From the NCBI GenBank assembly GCA_022711115.1, contig JAKLFP010000008.1:6617-70616 (forward strand): a stretch of DNA of 64,000 nucleotides, in the 5' to 3' direction. The DNA comes from Candidatus Omnitrophota bacterium. GTDB lineage: Bacteria > Omnitrophota > Omnitrophia > Omnitrophales > Aquincolibacteriaceae. A program made the position numbers and the translations under genes. Under the pieces are notes generated by a model. That model was given only the letters and a program-made list of their open reading frames with translations, searched no databases and was not told the DNA's origin. Shown here piece after piece: positions 30,926 through 40,101 of the stretch (its first letter is position 1; the number at the start of each line of letters is the position of its first letter).

Positions 30926-31735
30926 ATGACTACAGCTTTTAATATCGTGGTGTGCGGGAGCTTAGTGCCGGATCCTCTCCAGACCTTGGAACCCATTCAG
31001 GGCCCGACTGGTCCCGCTTTAAAAAATGAAATGATGCTGCCTTCGGTGCTCGATCCGTGGGCCGGTCACGCGCTTTTTGAAGCCGCAAACCTGGCAAAGC
31101 ATCATCCGGGGACCAAGGTTTACCTTGTCAGTCTGGGGCCTAAAGCCAAGCTGCAGCAACTGATGATGACGATCGCCCAGAAAGTTCCTTTTGAGTTCGT
31201 TTGTTTGGACGGCCCTGCAAGTGGTTTTCTGGATTCCCGTGAAGTCGCGAAAGCTCTTGCGAGTGCGATTGAAAAAATCCCGGGATTGGATAAGACCAAA
31301 CTTCTTGTGTTTGGCGGCTACTCGTCAGCATCGCGCGATGCCGGGACGACCATGCAGATGATCGCAGAACAACTCGGTATTTCCGACGTATTTTTGGGTG
31401 CGGACGAACTCAAAGTACAACCGGATGGTTCCTTCCGGATCATGGAACGTATCGAAGGCGGGCAATACCAGATCTCTTCCTGTGCCGGCGCTCCTATCGT
31501 GATCGGCTGGGCGACCGGAAATCTTCCCGAACCGCCGAATAACCCGCAGGTCGGAATGGCGAATATGCGGACCATCATGCCGGCACTCCAAAAGGCGCAA
31601 CCGGCAGCGCTCAAGACAGATGGTATTCAATATGCGAGTGTCCAACTACCTCAGCAGCAGCGGCAGACCAAAATTGTTAAAGATACGCCTGTTGAAGAGA
31701 TCGCCAAAGAAATTGTGGCATGGATTAGGAGCTGA
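30926..31735 (+). CDS. etfB: electron transfer flavoprotein beta subunit (FixA-like)
   Basis: The supplied ORF starts at TTG 30920. The ATG at 30926 has a GGAGG RBS 6 nt upstream. The VVCGSLVPDP start resembles the ETF-beta VCIKQVPD motif. About 270 aa, directly followed by etfA. Confidence 0.6.
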   Translation: MTTAFNIVVCGSLVPDPLQTLEPIQGPTGPALKNEMMLPSVLDPWAGHALFEAANLAKHHPGTKVYLVSLGPKAKLQQLMMTIAQKVPFEFVCLDGPASGFLDSREVAKALASAIEKIPGLDKTKLLVFGGYSSASRDAGTTMQMIAEQLGISDVFLGADELKVQPDGSFRIMERIEGGQYQISSCAGAPIVIGWATGNLPEPPNNPQVGMANMRTIMPALQKAQPAALKTDGIQYASVQLPQQQRQTKIVKDTPVEEIAKEIVAWIRS

Positions 31736-31737
31736 TC

Positions 31738-32772
31738 ATGGAAAAAATACTTTATCTCGCACATACACAACAAGACGGCACGTTACCCAAAGTGGCGCTG
31801 GAAACACTCAGCGCCGCTATTCAGATCACGAAAGATCTTTCAGGCTCCACGATGATGGTTGGCTTGATCGGACAAAATATCCAGCCTGCCGCGGATGCGA
31901 TTGCAGCAAGCGGTGCTTCCAAAATCCTCGGCGTGAGCGGTGCGGATTTTGCTCAATCACGTTATGGTTCGGATGTAAAAGCCGCAGAAGCTATTGCAAA
32001 CGCTGCGGGAGCGACGCTTATCATTGCTCCGGCAACATCACGTTTTTCGCGCGCGTTACCCGGTGTCGCCTTTCGTTTGAAGGCAGTCATCGATACGCAT
32101 ATCAGCGGTATTCAAACAACGGGTGGTACCCTTCAGATCCAGCGATGGTATTATCGTCAGCGTATGATCGCAACACTGAGCCGGACCGCAAGGCCGTGGA
32201 TGTTGCTGGTGGATTCCGGCGTATTTCCGGTTTGGCAAGGTGCCAAAGGGACAGCCAAGGTGGAAGCCGTTTCCGTAGCTCTTTCGGAGAAAGAACAACG
32301 GACAAGAGTGACTGGTGTTGAAGCTCCTTCCGCGGATGCGCAGACGATTCGACCGGATGCCGCGCTTCTTTTTGTGGCCGGTGCCGGTTGGACCAAGAAG
32401 CAACCTGATGGACAAACGCATTCCAAGGAAGCCGAAACGCTTATTCTCGGGCTTCTCCATAAAGCCAAGGCATCGCTTGGGAGCAGCAAGTCACTTGTGG
32501 ATCAAGGAGCTGAAGGCGAAGCCGTGCTTTCTTTCATCAGCCATCTGAATCAGGTCGGGCAGACCGGCGCGACACCACGCCATCCCAAAGGTCTTGCGAC
32601 CTGCTGCCATGGTGAAGAACCGCATGTAGTAGGCTGGCGTTTTATCAATGAGCGCCGTGCAGTGAATCTGGATGCGAATTGCGGCTGGGCGCAGGGCAAG
32701 GCCGATGTGCTTTATGTGGCTGATGCCTTTCAAGTTATGAAAAAAGTGAATGAACTTTTGGATAAAAGCTGA
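31738..32772 (+). CDS. etfA: electron transfer flavoprotein alpha subunit (FixB-like)
   Basis: 344 aa. C-terminal FAD-binding region QVGQTGATPRHPKGLATCCHGEEPH resembles the ETF-alpha signature. RBS TAGGAG upstream. Confidence 0.7.
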   Translation: MEKILYLAHTQQDGTLPKVALETLSAAIQITKDLSGSTMMVGLIGQNIQPAADAIAASGASKILGVSGADFAQSRYGSDVKAAEAIANAAGATLIIAPATSRFSRALPGVAFRLKAVIDTHISGIQTTGGTLQIQRWYYRQRMIATLSRTARPWMLLVDSGVFPVWQGAKGTAKVEAVSVALSEKEQRTRVTGVEAPSADAQTIRPDAALLFVAGAGWTKKQPDGQTHSKEAETLILGLLHKAKASLGSSKSLVDQGAEGEAVLSFISHLNQVGQTGATPRHPKGLATCCHGEEPHVVGWRFINERRAVNLDANCGWAQGKADVLYVADAFQVMKKVNELLDKS

Positions 32773-32799
32773 TTTCTTTAACGACGAGAGGAGCTAGTT

Positions 32800-33432
32800 A
32801 TGCCATTCGGTTTTTTGATGCCCAAAAACGTCAACTTTTTTGATCTTTTTGATAAACAAGTCGCCTATGCGGTGGATGCTGCCGTTCATTTCAAAAGGAT
32901 TGTTTCGGACTTTAAAGTGGATGAAGTGGAAAGAAGCAAGATGAAAGACATTGAACATCAGGCCGACGATATTGCCCACCAGATCATTGACCAGCTCAAT
33001 AAGACTTTTATCACACCCTTTGACCGGGAGGATATTCATTCACTTGCTAAAGAATTGGATGACATTGTGGATATGCTCGATACCATTACGAATCGACTGC
33101 TTGTTTATAAAATCCTCAGCCCGGACCGAAATCTCACGGAATTTGCGAATGTGATCGAACAATCTGTCAAAGGAGTGGCTGAAGCGGTGAGAGGGCTTCG
33201 CAATCTAAAAAACCAGAAGAAAATCTTAGAAGCCTGTCGGGAAGTAAACAGCCTTGAGAATGTCGGCGATAGAATGCGTGATGATATGCTAGGGGATCTT
33301 TTCGAAACGTACGCTAAGGATCCTGTGTCTGTTATCAAATGGAAAGAGATCTATCAGGACGCCGAAACAGTCCTTGATATCTGTGAGGATGTGGTGCATG
33401 CAGTCGAATCCATTATCGTCAAGCAGGCTTAA
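32800..33432 (+). CDS. Pit accessory protein / PhoU-related phosphate transport regulator (DUF47 family)
   Basis: 210 aa helical protein immediately upstream of pit. Classic pit-accessory arrangement. RBS GAGAGGAG. Confidence 0.7.
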   Translation: MPFGFLMPKNVNFFDLFDKQVAYAVDAAVHFKRIVSDFKVDEVERSKMKDIEHQADDIAHQIIDQLNKTFITPFDREDIHSLAKELDDIVDMLDTITNRLLVYKILSPDRNLTEFANVIEQSVKGVAEAVRGLRNLKNQKKILEACREVNSLENVGDRMRDDMLGDLFETYAKDPVSVIKWKEIYQDAETVLDICEDVVHAVESIIVKQA

Positions 33433-33438
33433 GGGCGC

Positions 33439-34428
33439 ATGACCAGTTATATTATCTTTCTTGTTTTTTTAGCGCTTCTTTTCGATTTTTTAAACGGTTT
33501 TCATGATTCCGCCAATTCCATTGCGACCGTTGTATCCACCCGTGTCCTTTCTCCTCGTCTTGCTGTAATTTGGGCAGCCTTTTTTAATTTTGTCGCTTTT
33601 TTCCTGTTTGGGCACCATGTAGCCTTGACGATTGGCAAGGGAATCATTGATATTGCCATCGTCGATAATCACGTGATTTTTGGAACCTTGATGGGGGCAT
33701 GTCTCTGGAACATTATCACGTGGTATTTTGGGCTTCCGACAAGCTCTTCTCATGCTTTGATCGGCGGCATGATCGGTGCAGCACTCGTCAAAACCGGTCC
33801 GCAAGCGTTAGTTTGGCAGGGTATTACGAAAACGGTTGCCTTTATTTTTATTTCACCGGTGTTCGGTCTCATTCTTGGAGTTGTATTTGGGATCGCGGTT
33901 TATTGGTTCTTCCGGAATAGTGCGCCTCTTCAAGTAGATCATATCTTTCGCAAGGGACAACTTCTTTCCGCGGCTTTATACAGTTTAGGCCACGGTGGTA
34001 ATGACGCCCAAAAAACCATGGGGATCATCGCAAGTCTCCTTTTCAGTGCCGGCATGCTTGGTAAGGAATTTGAGATTCCGAAATGGGTTGCGGTTGCCTG
34101 TTATTCGGCTATTGCGTTGGGGACAATGTTCGGGGGATGGAGGATTGTCAAGACCATGGGACAAAAAGTTGCCAAACTTCGCCCGATGGACGGATTTTGT
34201 GCGGAATCAGGAGCTGCCGTTACCCTTTTCATGTCATCCTTTTTAGGAGTTCCTGTCAGTACAACGCATACCATTACCGGTGCGATCATGGGGGTTGGCT
34301 CCTTGAAGCGCCTGAGTGCTGTGAGATGGGGTGTTGCCGGAACGATTATCTGGGCATGGATTTTGACCATTCCGTGTTCAGCCGCTATTGCTGCCTGTTG
34401 CTATGCGGCTATGAGGTTCTTTTCCTAG
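33439..34428 (+). CDS. pit: inorganic phosphate transporter, PiT family
   Basis: 329 aa polytopic membrane protein. Duplicated GxxDxxNxIAT-like motifs (FHDSANSIATVVST; GHGGNDAQKTMGII) are diagnostic of PiT. Confidence 0.85.
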   Translation: MTSYIIFLVFLALLFDFLNGFHDSANSIATVVSTRVLSPRLAVIWAAFFNFVAFFLFGHHVALTIGKGIIDIAIVDNHVIFGTLMGACLWNIITWYFGLPTSSSHALIGGMIGAALVKTGPQALVWQGITKTVAFIFISPVFGLILGVVFGIAVYWFFRNSAPLQVDHIFRKGQLLSAALYSLGHGGNDAQKTMGIIASLLFSAGMLGKEFEIPKWVAVACYSAIALGTMFGGWRIVKTMGQKVAKLRPMDGFCAESGAAVTLFMSSFLGVPVSTTHTITGAIMGVGSLKRLSAVRWGVAGTIIWAWILTIPCSAAIAACCYAAMRFFS

Positions 34429-34467
34429 TTTTATAAAGCCCACACGATTGTTTCTCAGCTGATCTTT

Positions 34468-34507
34468 TTTACGCCATCTTTACACTTCCATCACGCCGAT
34501 TTGACAC
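34468..34507 (+). promoter_or_regulatory. array of four PhoP/PhoB-type direct-repeat half-sites at 11-bp phasing upstream of the porin gene
   Basis: TTTACGC (34468), TTTACAC (34479), ATCACGC (34490), TTGACAC (34501). Centres are exactly 11 bp apart. Lies about 70 bp upstream of the ATG at 34578. Confidence 0.45.
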
Positions 34508-34577
34508 GTTCTTTTTATCATTTCCTCAGAAGATAAAATCTCAAAATCTAAACCATGGGATAACAGGAGGAAGTGAT

Positions 34578-36110
34578 ATGAAGCGAAGAGTTGTTTGGCA
34601 AACGTTCGCATGTTTTGTTTTTTCGATTTTTTATTTTTCAACGCCAGTCATGGCTCAGGATGTGGAACTTGTCGGTTTAATCAAGGCTTTGCAAAAGCAA
34701 ATAACCGATCTTCAAACAACAGTTCAGGCTCAGAATGCAGAAATTCAGGAACTCAAAGCCAAAGGAGCTCGGATACAAGTAGCACCCAAAGGGGTAGAAA
34801 TGACCCCAATCACACCCATGAGTGAAGCAGAGTTCAAGCAACGCCTTGGTGACGCGACGGGGGGCGCGGACAAATGGCTCAAGGACCTGAAATTCAAAGG
34901 GGATCTCAGGCTTCGCTACGAGGCGTTTGATAACCGGAGCCAAAGTCTTTCTCCGAATGAAGCGGATTCCAGAAACCGTTTCCGGTATCGGCTGCGCTAT
35001 GGATTTGAAAAGAAATTCAGCGATCAAATCCTTGCGGGTTTCAGCCTGGCTTCGGGAGAGGCGCCTTATATCAATGGCTCGAGCGGAGGTTCTTCGCAAG
35101 CGTTTAACGGTGACCCAACATCCACCAATACTTCGTTCGACAGCAACTTCAATTTCAAGCCTATCTATATTGAAAAGGCCTATGCGACTTACACGCCGAA
35201 TTGGGTCAAGATACGGCTTGCCGATGGCCTGGGCATCGATAATCTGACGATCACCGGCGGGAAGATGGATAATCTTTTTGAAAAGGGCTCCTCCGAAATC
35301 ATGTGGGACCGTGACGTAAAACCCGAAGGATTTATCCAAAAAATCGATGTGGCTCTTATCAAAGCAGCGGATTTTGCCCTCAAGGGGTTTTTCACGGCAG
35401 GGCAATTCGTGCTTGATGAGGATAAAGTCGCGACCGGTGCAAGCAGTGACGCCAATCTTTTTGCCTTTCAGATGGGCGTCAATCCGGTTTTCTACACGCC
35501 TGTGATGGATCGCCCCATCGATCTTCTATCAGCCGTTTCTTATTATGATTTTGGGAAATACGGTCAGTACAATAATTGGAAAATTGACGGTGCCAGCGGG
35601 AGAAGTCTGGCACGAGGCAACCCACGTGATCCTACCAATTCGGCAAGCTTGGCCGCGGGAGGGTTCCGGATATGGGAAACTTACAATGAATTGGCATTTT
35701 ATCCCATGGGAATTCCTGTCCGGCCATTTTTTGATTATCTCACCAATACGGCAAATGGCGCCGGGATTTTCCCGGTTGCCGGTTCTAATGAGGATCATTC
35801 GTGGGCCTACGGGCTGAAAGTAGGGGGGATCCACAAAAAAGGGGACTGGGAACTCGGCTGGCAGTACCGATATGTAGGAGCGAATGCGCAGCCAGGATTC
35901 AATGACAGCGATTTTGGCTATGAAGCCCATTCGGGTGTTCGTGGCAATGTGTTCAAAGCCGGGTATGGCTTGACGGACTATCTGACCGTCAATGGGGCCA
36001 TGTATTTTGTGAATAACCTTAATCCAGGAAATACGAGAGGTCTCACGGATACCTACGGCATCGAGCAACGACAAAACCGTTTCCAAGTGGATCTTGTCTG
36101 GAAATTCTAA
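34578..36110 (+). CDS. outer-membrane porin, probably phosphate-selective (OprO/OprP-like)
   Basis: 510 aa with signal peptide (MKRRVVWQTFACFVFSIFYFSTPVMA). N-terminal coiled-coil-like segment. Ends in the aromatic residue (..WKF) typical of beta-barrels. Embedded between pit and pstS behind Pho-box-like repeats. RBS AGGAGG. Confidence 0.6.
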   Translation: MKRRVVWQTFACFVFSIFYFSTPVMAQDVELVGLIKALQKQITDLQTTVQAQNAEIQELKAKGARIQVAPKGVEMTPITPMSEAEFKQRLGDATGGADKWLKDLKFKGDLRLRYEAFDNRSQSLSPNEADSRNRFRYRLRYGFEKKFSDQILAGFSLASGEAPYINGSSGGSSQAFNGDPTSTNTSFDSNFNFKPIYIEKAYATYTPNWVKIRLADGLGIDNLTITGGKMDNLFEKGSSEIMWDRDVKPEGFIQKIDVALIKAADFALKGFFTAGQFVLDEDKVATGASSDANLFAFQMGVNPVFYTPVMDRPIDLLSAVSYYDFGKYGQYNNWKIDGASGRSLARGNPRDPTNSASLAAGGFRIWETYNELAFYPMGIPVRPFFDYLTNTANGAGIFPVAGSNEDHSWAYGLKVGGIHKKGDWELGWQYRYVGANAQPGFNDSDFGYEAHSGVRGNVFKAGYGLTDYLTVNGAMYFVNNLNPGNTRGLTDTYGIEQRQNRFQVDLVWKF

Positions 36111-36112
36111 AG

Positions 36113-36130
36113 TTTACATGGATTTTACAT
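36113..36130 (+). promoter_or_regulatory. Pho box (TTTACAT-N4-TTTACAT) upstream of pstS
   Basis: Perfect 7-bp direct repeat TTTACAT / ggat / TTTACAT. Ends 50 bp upstream of the pstS ATG. Matches the B. subtilis PhoP-type TT(A/T/C)ACA consensus with 11-bp periodicity. Confidence 0.55.
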
Positions 36131-36179
36131 CCGTAGCGCAGATTCTGAATTAGAATAAAAAAACAAAGGAGAGATTGAA

Positions 36180-37052
36180 ATGAAACTATCAAAATTGGTT
36201 GTTCGAGGAGCGCTGATCATGGGTTTTGCAGCGCTCGTGCCCATGGCGTTCGCGGCAAAGAATATTACGGTCAAAGGATCGGATACGATGGTGGTGCTCG
36301 GCCAGAAGTGGGCCGAAGTCTATATGCAGAAAAATCCCGGCGTTGCTATTCAAGTGACGGGTGGCGGGTCCGGGACAGGGATTGCCGCTTTGATCAACGG
36401 CACGACTGATCTTGCCAACGCGAGCCGTCCCATCAAGGAAAGTGAAGTAGAAAAAGCGCAAAAAGCAGGCTATTACCCGGAGGAGATCAAGGTCGCGATG
36501 GACAGTTTGGCCGTTGTGACGCATAGCACGAATCCCATCAAAGAGCTCTCCATGAAACAGTTGATGGGCATTTATATGGGACGGATCAACAACTGGAATG
36601 AAGTGGGGGGACCCGACAAACCGATTCTTCGGTATTGCCGTGAGTCTTCAAGCGGCACCTATGTTTTTTTTAAAGAACATGTTCTGAAGAATCAAGACTA
36701 TGCTGCGGATTGCCAGACCATGCCTGGGACTTCCGCTGTCGCGAATGCCGTTTCCAAGGATCCCTCTGGGATCGGGTATGGCGGGGCGGCCTACTATCTC
36801 AACCAGCCCCAGATCAAGATTCTTTCCATTAAAAAAGACGACAAATCGGAAGGAGTCAATCCAGTCAAGGCGGATGGGACTTTGGATTATGAAGCCGCCT
36901 GGACGGGACGTTATCCGGTTGCCAGATATCTGTACATGTACGCCGGCTTTAAACCGCGCGGGGATGTTAAGGCGTATGTGGCTTGGATCTTGAGTCCGGA
37001 AGGACAGAAGATCGTCGAAGAGATCGGCTACGTGCCGCTTGAAGCAAAATAG
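36180..37052 (+). CDS. pstS: phosphate ABC transporter substrate-binding protein PstS
   Basis: 290 aa with signal peptide. GSDTMVVLGQKW...GGGSGTGIAALINGTTD phosphate-binding protein motifs. RBS AAGGAGAG. Confidence 0.85.
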   Translation: MKLSKLVVRGALIMGFAALVPMAFAAKNITVKGSDTMVVLGQKWAEVYMQKNPGVAIQVTGGGSGTGIAALINGTTDLANASRPIKESEVEKAQKAGYYPEEIKVAMDSLAVVTHSTNPIKELSMKQLMGIYMGRINNWNEVGGPDKPILRYCRESSSGTYVFFKEHVLKNQDYAADCQTMPGTSAVANAVSKDPSGIGYGGAAYYLNQPQIKILSIKKDDKSEGVNPVKADGTLDYEAAWTGRYPVARYLYMYAGFKPRGDVKAYVAWILSPEGQKIVEEIGYVPLEAK

Positions 37053-37135
37053 AACATTTTTTGCGGAGCCCGCTCAGCCCTAAAGCGGCGAACGGGGGAA
37101 AGTCCCAAAAACGGACCGATCTTCGCAAGCAATAA

Positions 37136-37170
37136 GAGGGCTGGTATCAAGATTAATGATACCGGCCCTC
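37136..37170 (+). promoter_or_regulatory. intercistronic stem-loop between pstS and pstC (14-bp stem, 7-nt loop)
   Basis: GAGGGCTGGTATCA-agattaa-TGATACCGGCCCTC: 13 Watson-Crick pairs plus one G-U. No following U-tract. Lies 17 nt before the pstC ATG. Confidence 0.55.
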
Positions 37171-37186
37171 GAAATTAAAATGTTAT

Positions 37187-38155
37187 ATGCGTAAAGAAAT
37201 GCTGGGGAGCATGGAACAACACCGCTTGACGAAAAAAAAAGAAGTCTTTTCGGAATGGTTCATCGAAAAATTACTGCTTATGGCAGGGATTTCGTCGACT
37301 CTGATCATTGCTCTGATCTTCCTGTTTCTTTTCAAAGAGGCAGTTCAATTCTTCAAAACCGCTGGGTCTTTCGATCTCATCGGGAAATGGGTTTACGACG
37401 ACTGGGAGGAGAGGAATGTTTTCAAGATGATGTGGCAATCGATTTCCGAAGTCCCGAAATATTCTCTCATTCCGTTGTTTTGCGGAAGTTTTTTGGTAGC
37501 GTTTCCGGCCACGATCATTGCTTCAGTTCTCGGCATCGGTTGTGCAATTTATCTTTCCGAACTCGCCCCGCCCAAAGTCAGGGAGATGCTGAAGCCGACG
37601 ATTGAACTCCTGGCAGGGATCCCGTCGGTCGTGATCGGTTTTATCATGCTCGCTTTTCTCGCGACCTTTATTCAGGATGTTTTTCACACAAAATTTCGCC
37701 TCAATGCTTTTGTCGGGGCCTGCGGCGTTGCGCTGGCGGTGCTTCCGATCATGATTACCATTGCGGAGGATGCCATGAGGGCAGTCCCCAAAGAACTCCG
37801 GGACGCGTCGTACGCGTTAGGCGCGACCAAGTGGCAGACAATCTGGGGGACGGTCGTTCCAGCCGCTGTGTCCGGTATTTCGGCGGCAGTGATCCTCGGG
37901 TTTGGCCGCGCACTCGGCGAAACGATGATCGTGCTGATGGCGACAGGAAACGCGGCTCTCGTGACCGGGAATATTTTTTCCAGTGTCCGGACCATGACGG
38001 CCAATATCGCCGCGGAGCTTGGTTCCGTGGCGCAGGGGACCGAACATTATTACGCCCTTTTTCTCGTCGGGGCTGTTCTTTTTACGTTTACCTTCACGCT
38101 CAATTTTATTTCCGAGATTATCTTGAACAAGATGCGGCAAAAATTGAGGATGTAA
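37187..38155 (+). CDS. pstC: phosphate ABC transporter permease PstC
   Basis: 322 aa polytopic membrane protein. ABC permease EAA-like region (YALGATKWQTIW). Position in the pstSCAB operon. Confidence 0.85.
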   Translation: MRKEMLGSMEQHRLTKKKEVFSEWFIEKLLLMAGISSTLIIALIFLFLFKEAVQFFKTAGSFDLIGKWVYDDWEERNVFKMMWQSISEVPKYSLIPLFCGSFLVAFPATIIASVLGIGCAIYLSELAPPKVREMLKPTIELLAGIPSVVIGFIMLAFLATFIQDVFHTKFRLNAFVGACGVALAVLPIMITIAEDAMRAVPKELRDASYALGATKWQTIWGTVVPAAVSGISAAVILGFGRALGETMIVLMATGNAALVTGNIFSSVRTMTANIAAELGSVAQGTEHYYALFLVGAVLFTFTFTLNFISEIILNKMRQKLRM

Positions 38156-38157
38156 AT

Positions 38158-39129
38158 ATGAAGAACGCGTTATCCCTTAAATTTCATGGGCTCACAAAAA
38201 GAAGCTTTCGATGGGACGAAGTCCTTTCGGATTTTCTAGTGCGTTTTTTTGCTTTGATCCCCATCGCCGCGCTTGCTTTTATCATGATGAAGATCATTGC
38301 GAAAGGGAGTGGCGCGATCACTTGGGAATTTCTGACTCAGGCGCCGTCGCAGGGAATGATGCACGGTGGCATTTTCCCGTGTATTTTTGGGACGCTTGCC
38401 ATTACTTTATTGATGATCCTCATGGCGCTCCCGCTCGGTGTGGCGGCCGCGATCTATCTGACCGAATACGCGGGAAAGGGGTTGCTTTTCCGGGTCATCC
38501 GGGCCGCGGTCAATAATCTGGCCGGTGTTCCTTCAATCGTGTTCGGGCTTTTTGGCGTCGGTTTTTTTATTCTCTTTGTGGGCCGCAATCTTGATGCGGT
38601 TCTTAAGACGGGGATGTTATTCGGCCAGCCCTGCATGCTTTGGGCCGCGGCGACTCTTGCCGTTCTCGTGTTGCCGGTTATTATCGTTGCAACGGAAGAA
38701 GCGCTTAATACCGTTCCGCAGAGTCAACGCGCCGCTTCGCTCGCGCTCGGCGCAACAAAATGGCAGACCATTTGGAACATAGTCCTCCCTCAGGCTCGCG
38801 GCGGGATCTTAACGGGAGCGATTCTCTCGATCAGCCGCGGCGCCGGGGAAACCGCGCCGATTTTGTTCACAGGCTGCGCTTATTTTTTACCAAGACTCCC
38901 GGTTGTGAACCTTTTCGGATTCATACCTATGATCAACCCCTTTGACCAGTTCATGGAGCTTTCTTATCATATCTTTATTATGGCTACGCAGTCTTTGGAC
39001 GCGGTCAAGACGCTTCCGATCCAATACGGGACAACGCTTGTTCTGATTTCATTGACCTTTTTGCTTAATTTGACGGCTATTCTTTTTAGAGTCCATTTTC
39101 GAAAAAAAATGGGGACTGTAACCGTTTGA
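38158..39129 (+). CDS. pstA: phosphate ABC transporter permease PstA
   Basis: The supplied ORF 37831..39129 is an in-frame 5' extension overlapping pstC. The ATG at 38158 lies 2 nt after the pstC stop. 323 aa membrane protein with a second ALGATKWQTIW motif. Confidence 0.8.
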   Translation: MKNALSLKFHGLTKRSFRWDEVLSDFLVRFFALIPIAALAFIMMKIIAKGSGAITWEFLTQAPSQGMMHGGIFPCIFGTLAITLLMILMALPLGVAAAIYLTEYAGKGLLFRVIRAAVNNLAGVPSIVFGLFGVGFFILFVGRNLDAVLKTGMLFGQPCMLWAAATLAVLVLPVIIVATEEALNTVPQSQRAASLALGATKWQTIWNIVLPQARGGILTGAILSISRGAGETAPILFTGCAYFLPRLPVVNLFGFIPMINPFDQFMELSYHIFIMATQSLDAVKTLPIQYGTTLVLISLTFLLNLTAILFRVHFRKKMGTVTV

Positions 39130-39268
39130 TAATTCCCAAGCGCCAGCGGGTCGGAGTTTGTTGATTCATCACGACTGCCGTAACCTCCTTGGGGTTAGGT
39201 TGCCGGGTCAGGTATCCTAAGTAAAATATAAAATTAAGGCGAAGAAAAACAAACAGAAGGGCGAGCAG

Positions 39269-40090
39269 ATGGAAATAAAAATTTTAAACAGCGGAAAGAC
39301 TCTTAGAGTCAATCAGGATCAGGACCTTTCGAGCAATACGACCAAGATACTTGTCCGAGACCTTGAAATGTTCTATGGCCCGGTTCGAGCGCTTCATGGG
39401 ATCGACATGGAGATTAAGGAAAAGGCTGTGACGGCGCTCATCGGTCCTTCTGGTTGCGGGAAATCGACCTTTTTGCGCACATTGAACCGGATGAACGATA
39501 CAATCCCTGGCGCTAGGATCCATGGAACTGTTCTTATCGATGATGTCAATATTTACAGTCCGGAAGTGAATGTTGCTGTGCTGCGCCGCATGGTGGGAAT
39601 GGTGTTCCAAAAGCAAAATCCTTTTCCTAAAAGTATTTTTGACAATATCGCTTATGGTCCCCGCCTCCATGGTGTTATCGATAAAGCGGTGCTTGAACAC
39701 ATTGTCGAGGAAAGTCTCAAAAAAGCGGCGCTTTGGAATGAAGTCAAAGATCGGCTGCAGACGGGGGCGCTCGAGCTTTCCGGAGGACAGCAGCAAAGGC
39801 TTTGCATCGCGCGCGTCCTTGCCGTGAATCCCGAAATCATACTTATGGACGAGCCGGCTTCGGCGTTGGACCCGCTTTCGACGGCGAAGATCGAAGAACT
39901 TATTTATGAATTGAGGAAAAATTACACGATCGTGATCGTCACCCATAACATGCAGCAGGCCGCGCGTGTTTCGGATTTTACCGCGTATTTTTATATGGGC
40001 TCGCTTGTGGAATTCGGTTTGACCAAGGATGTTTTCACGAATCCGCTGAAGAAAGAAACCGAGGATTATATTACCGGCCGGTTCGGCTAA
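39269..40090 (+). CDS. pstB: phosphate import ATP-binding protein PstB
   Basis: 273 aa. Walker [13 protein letters not shown] signature LSGGQQQRL, Walker [12 protein letters not shown]. Confidence 0.9.
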   Translation: MEIKILNSGKTLRVNQDQDLSSNTTKILVRDLEMFYGPVRALHGIDMEIKEKAVTALIGPSGCGKSTFLRTLNRMNDTIPGARIHGTVLIDDVNIYSPEVNVAVLRRMVGMVFQKQNPFPKSIFDNIAYGPRLHGVIDKAVLEHIVEESLKKAALWNEVKDRLQTGALELSGGQQQRLCIARVLAVNPEIILMDEPASALDPLSTAKIEELIYELRKNYTIVIVTHNMQQAARVSDFTAYFYMGSLVEFGLTKDVFTNPLKKETEDYITGRFG

Positions 40091-40101
40091 GGAGAAGGAA
40101 C

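Noticed and set aside
37831-38157. 5' extension of the pstA ORF (track start 37831) overlapping pstC by 325 nt
   Set aside because: The in-frame ATG at 38158 lies 2 nt after the pstC stop and gives a normal-length PstA. The extension would be translated in another frame of pstC.
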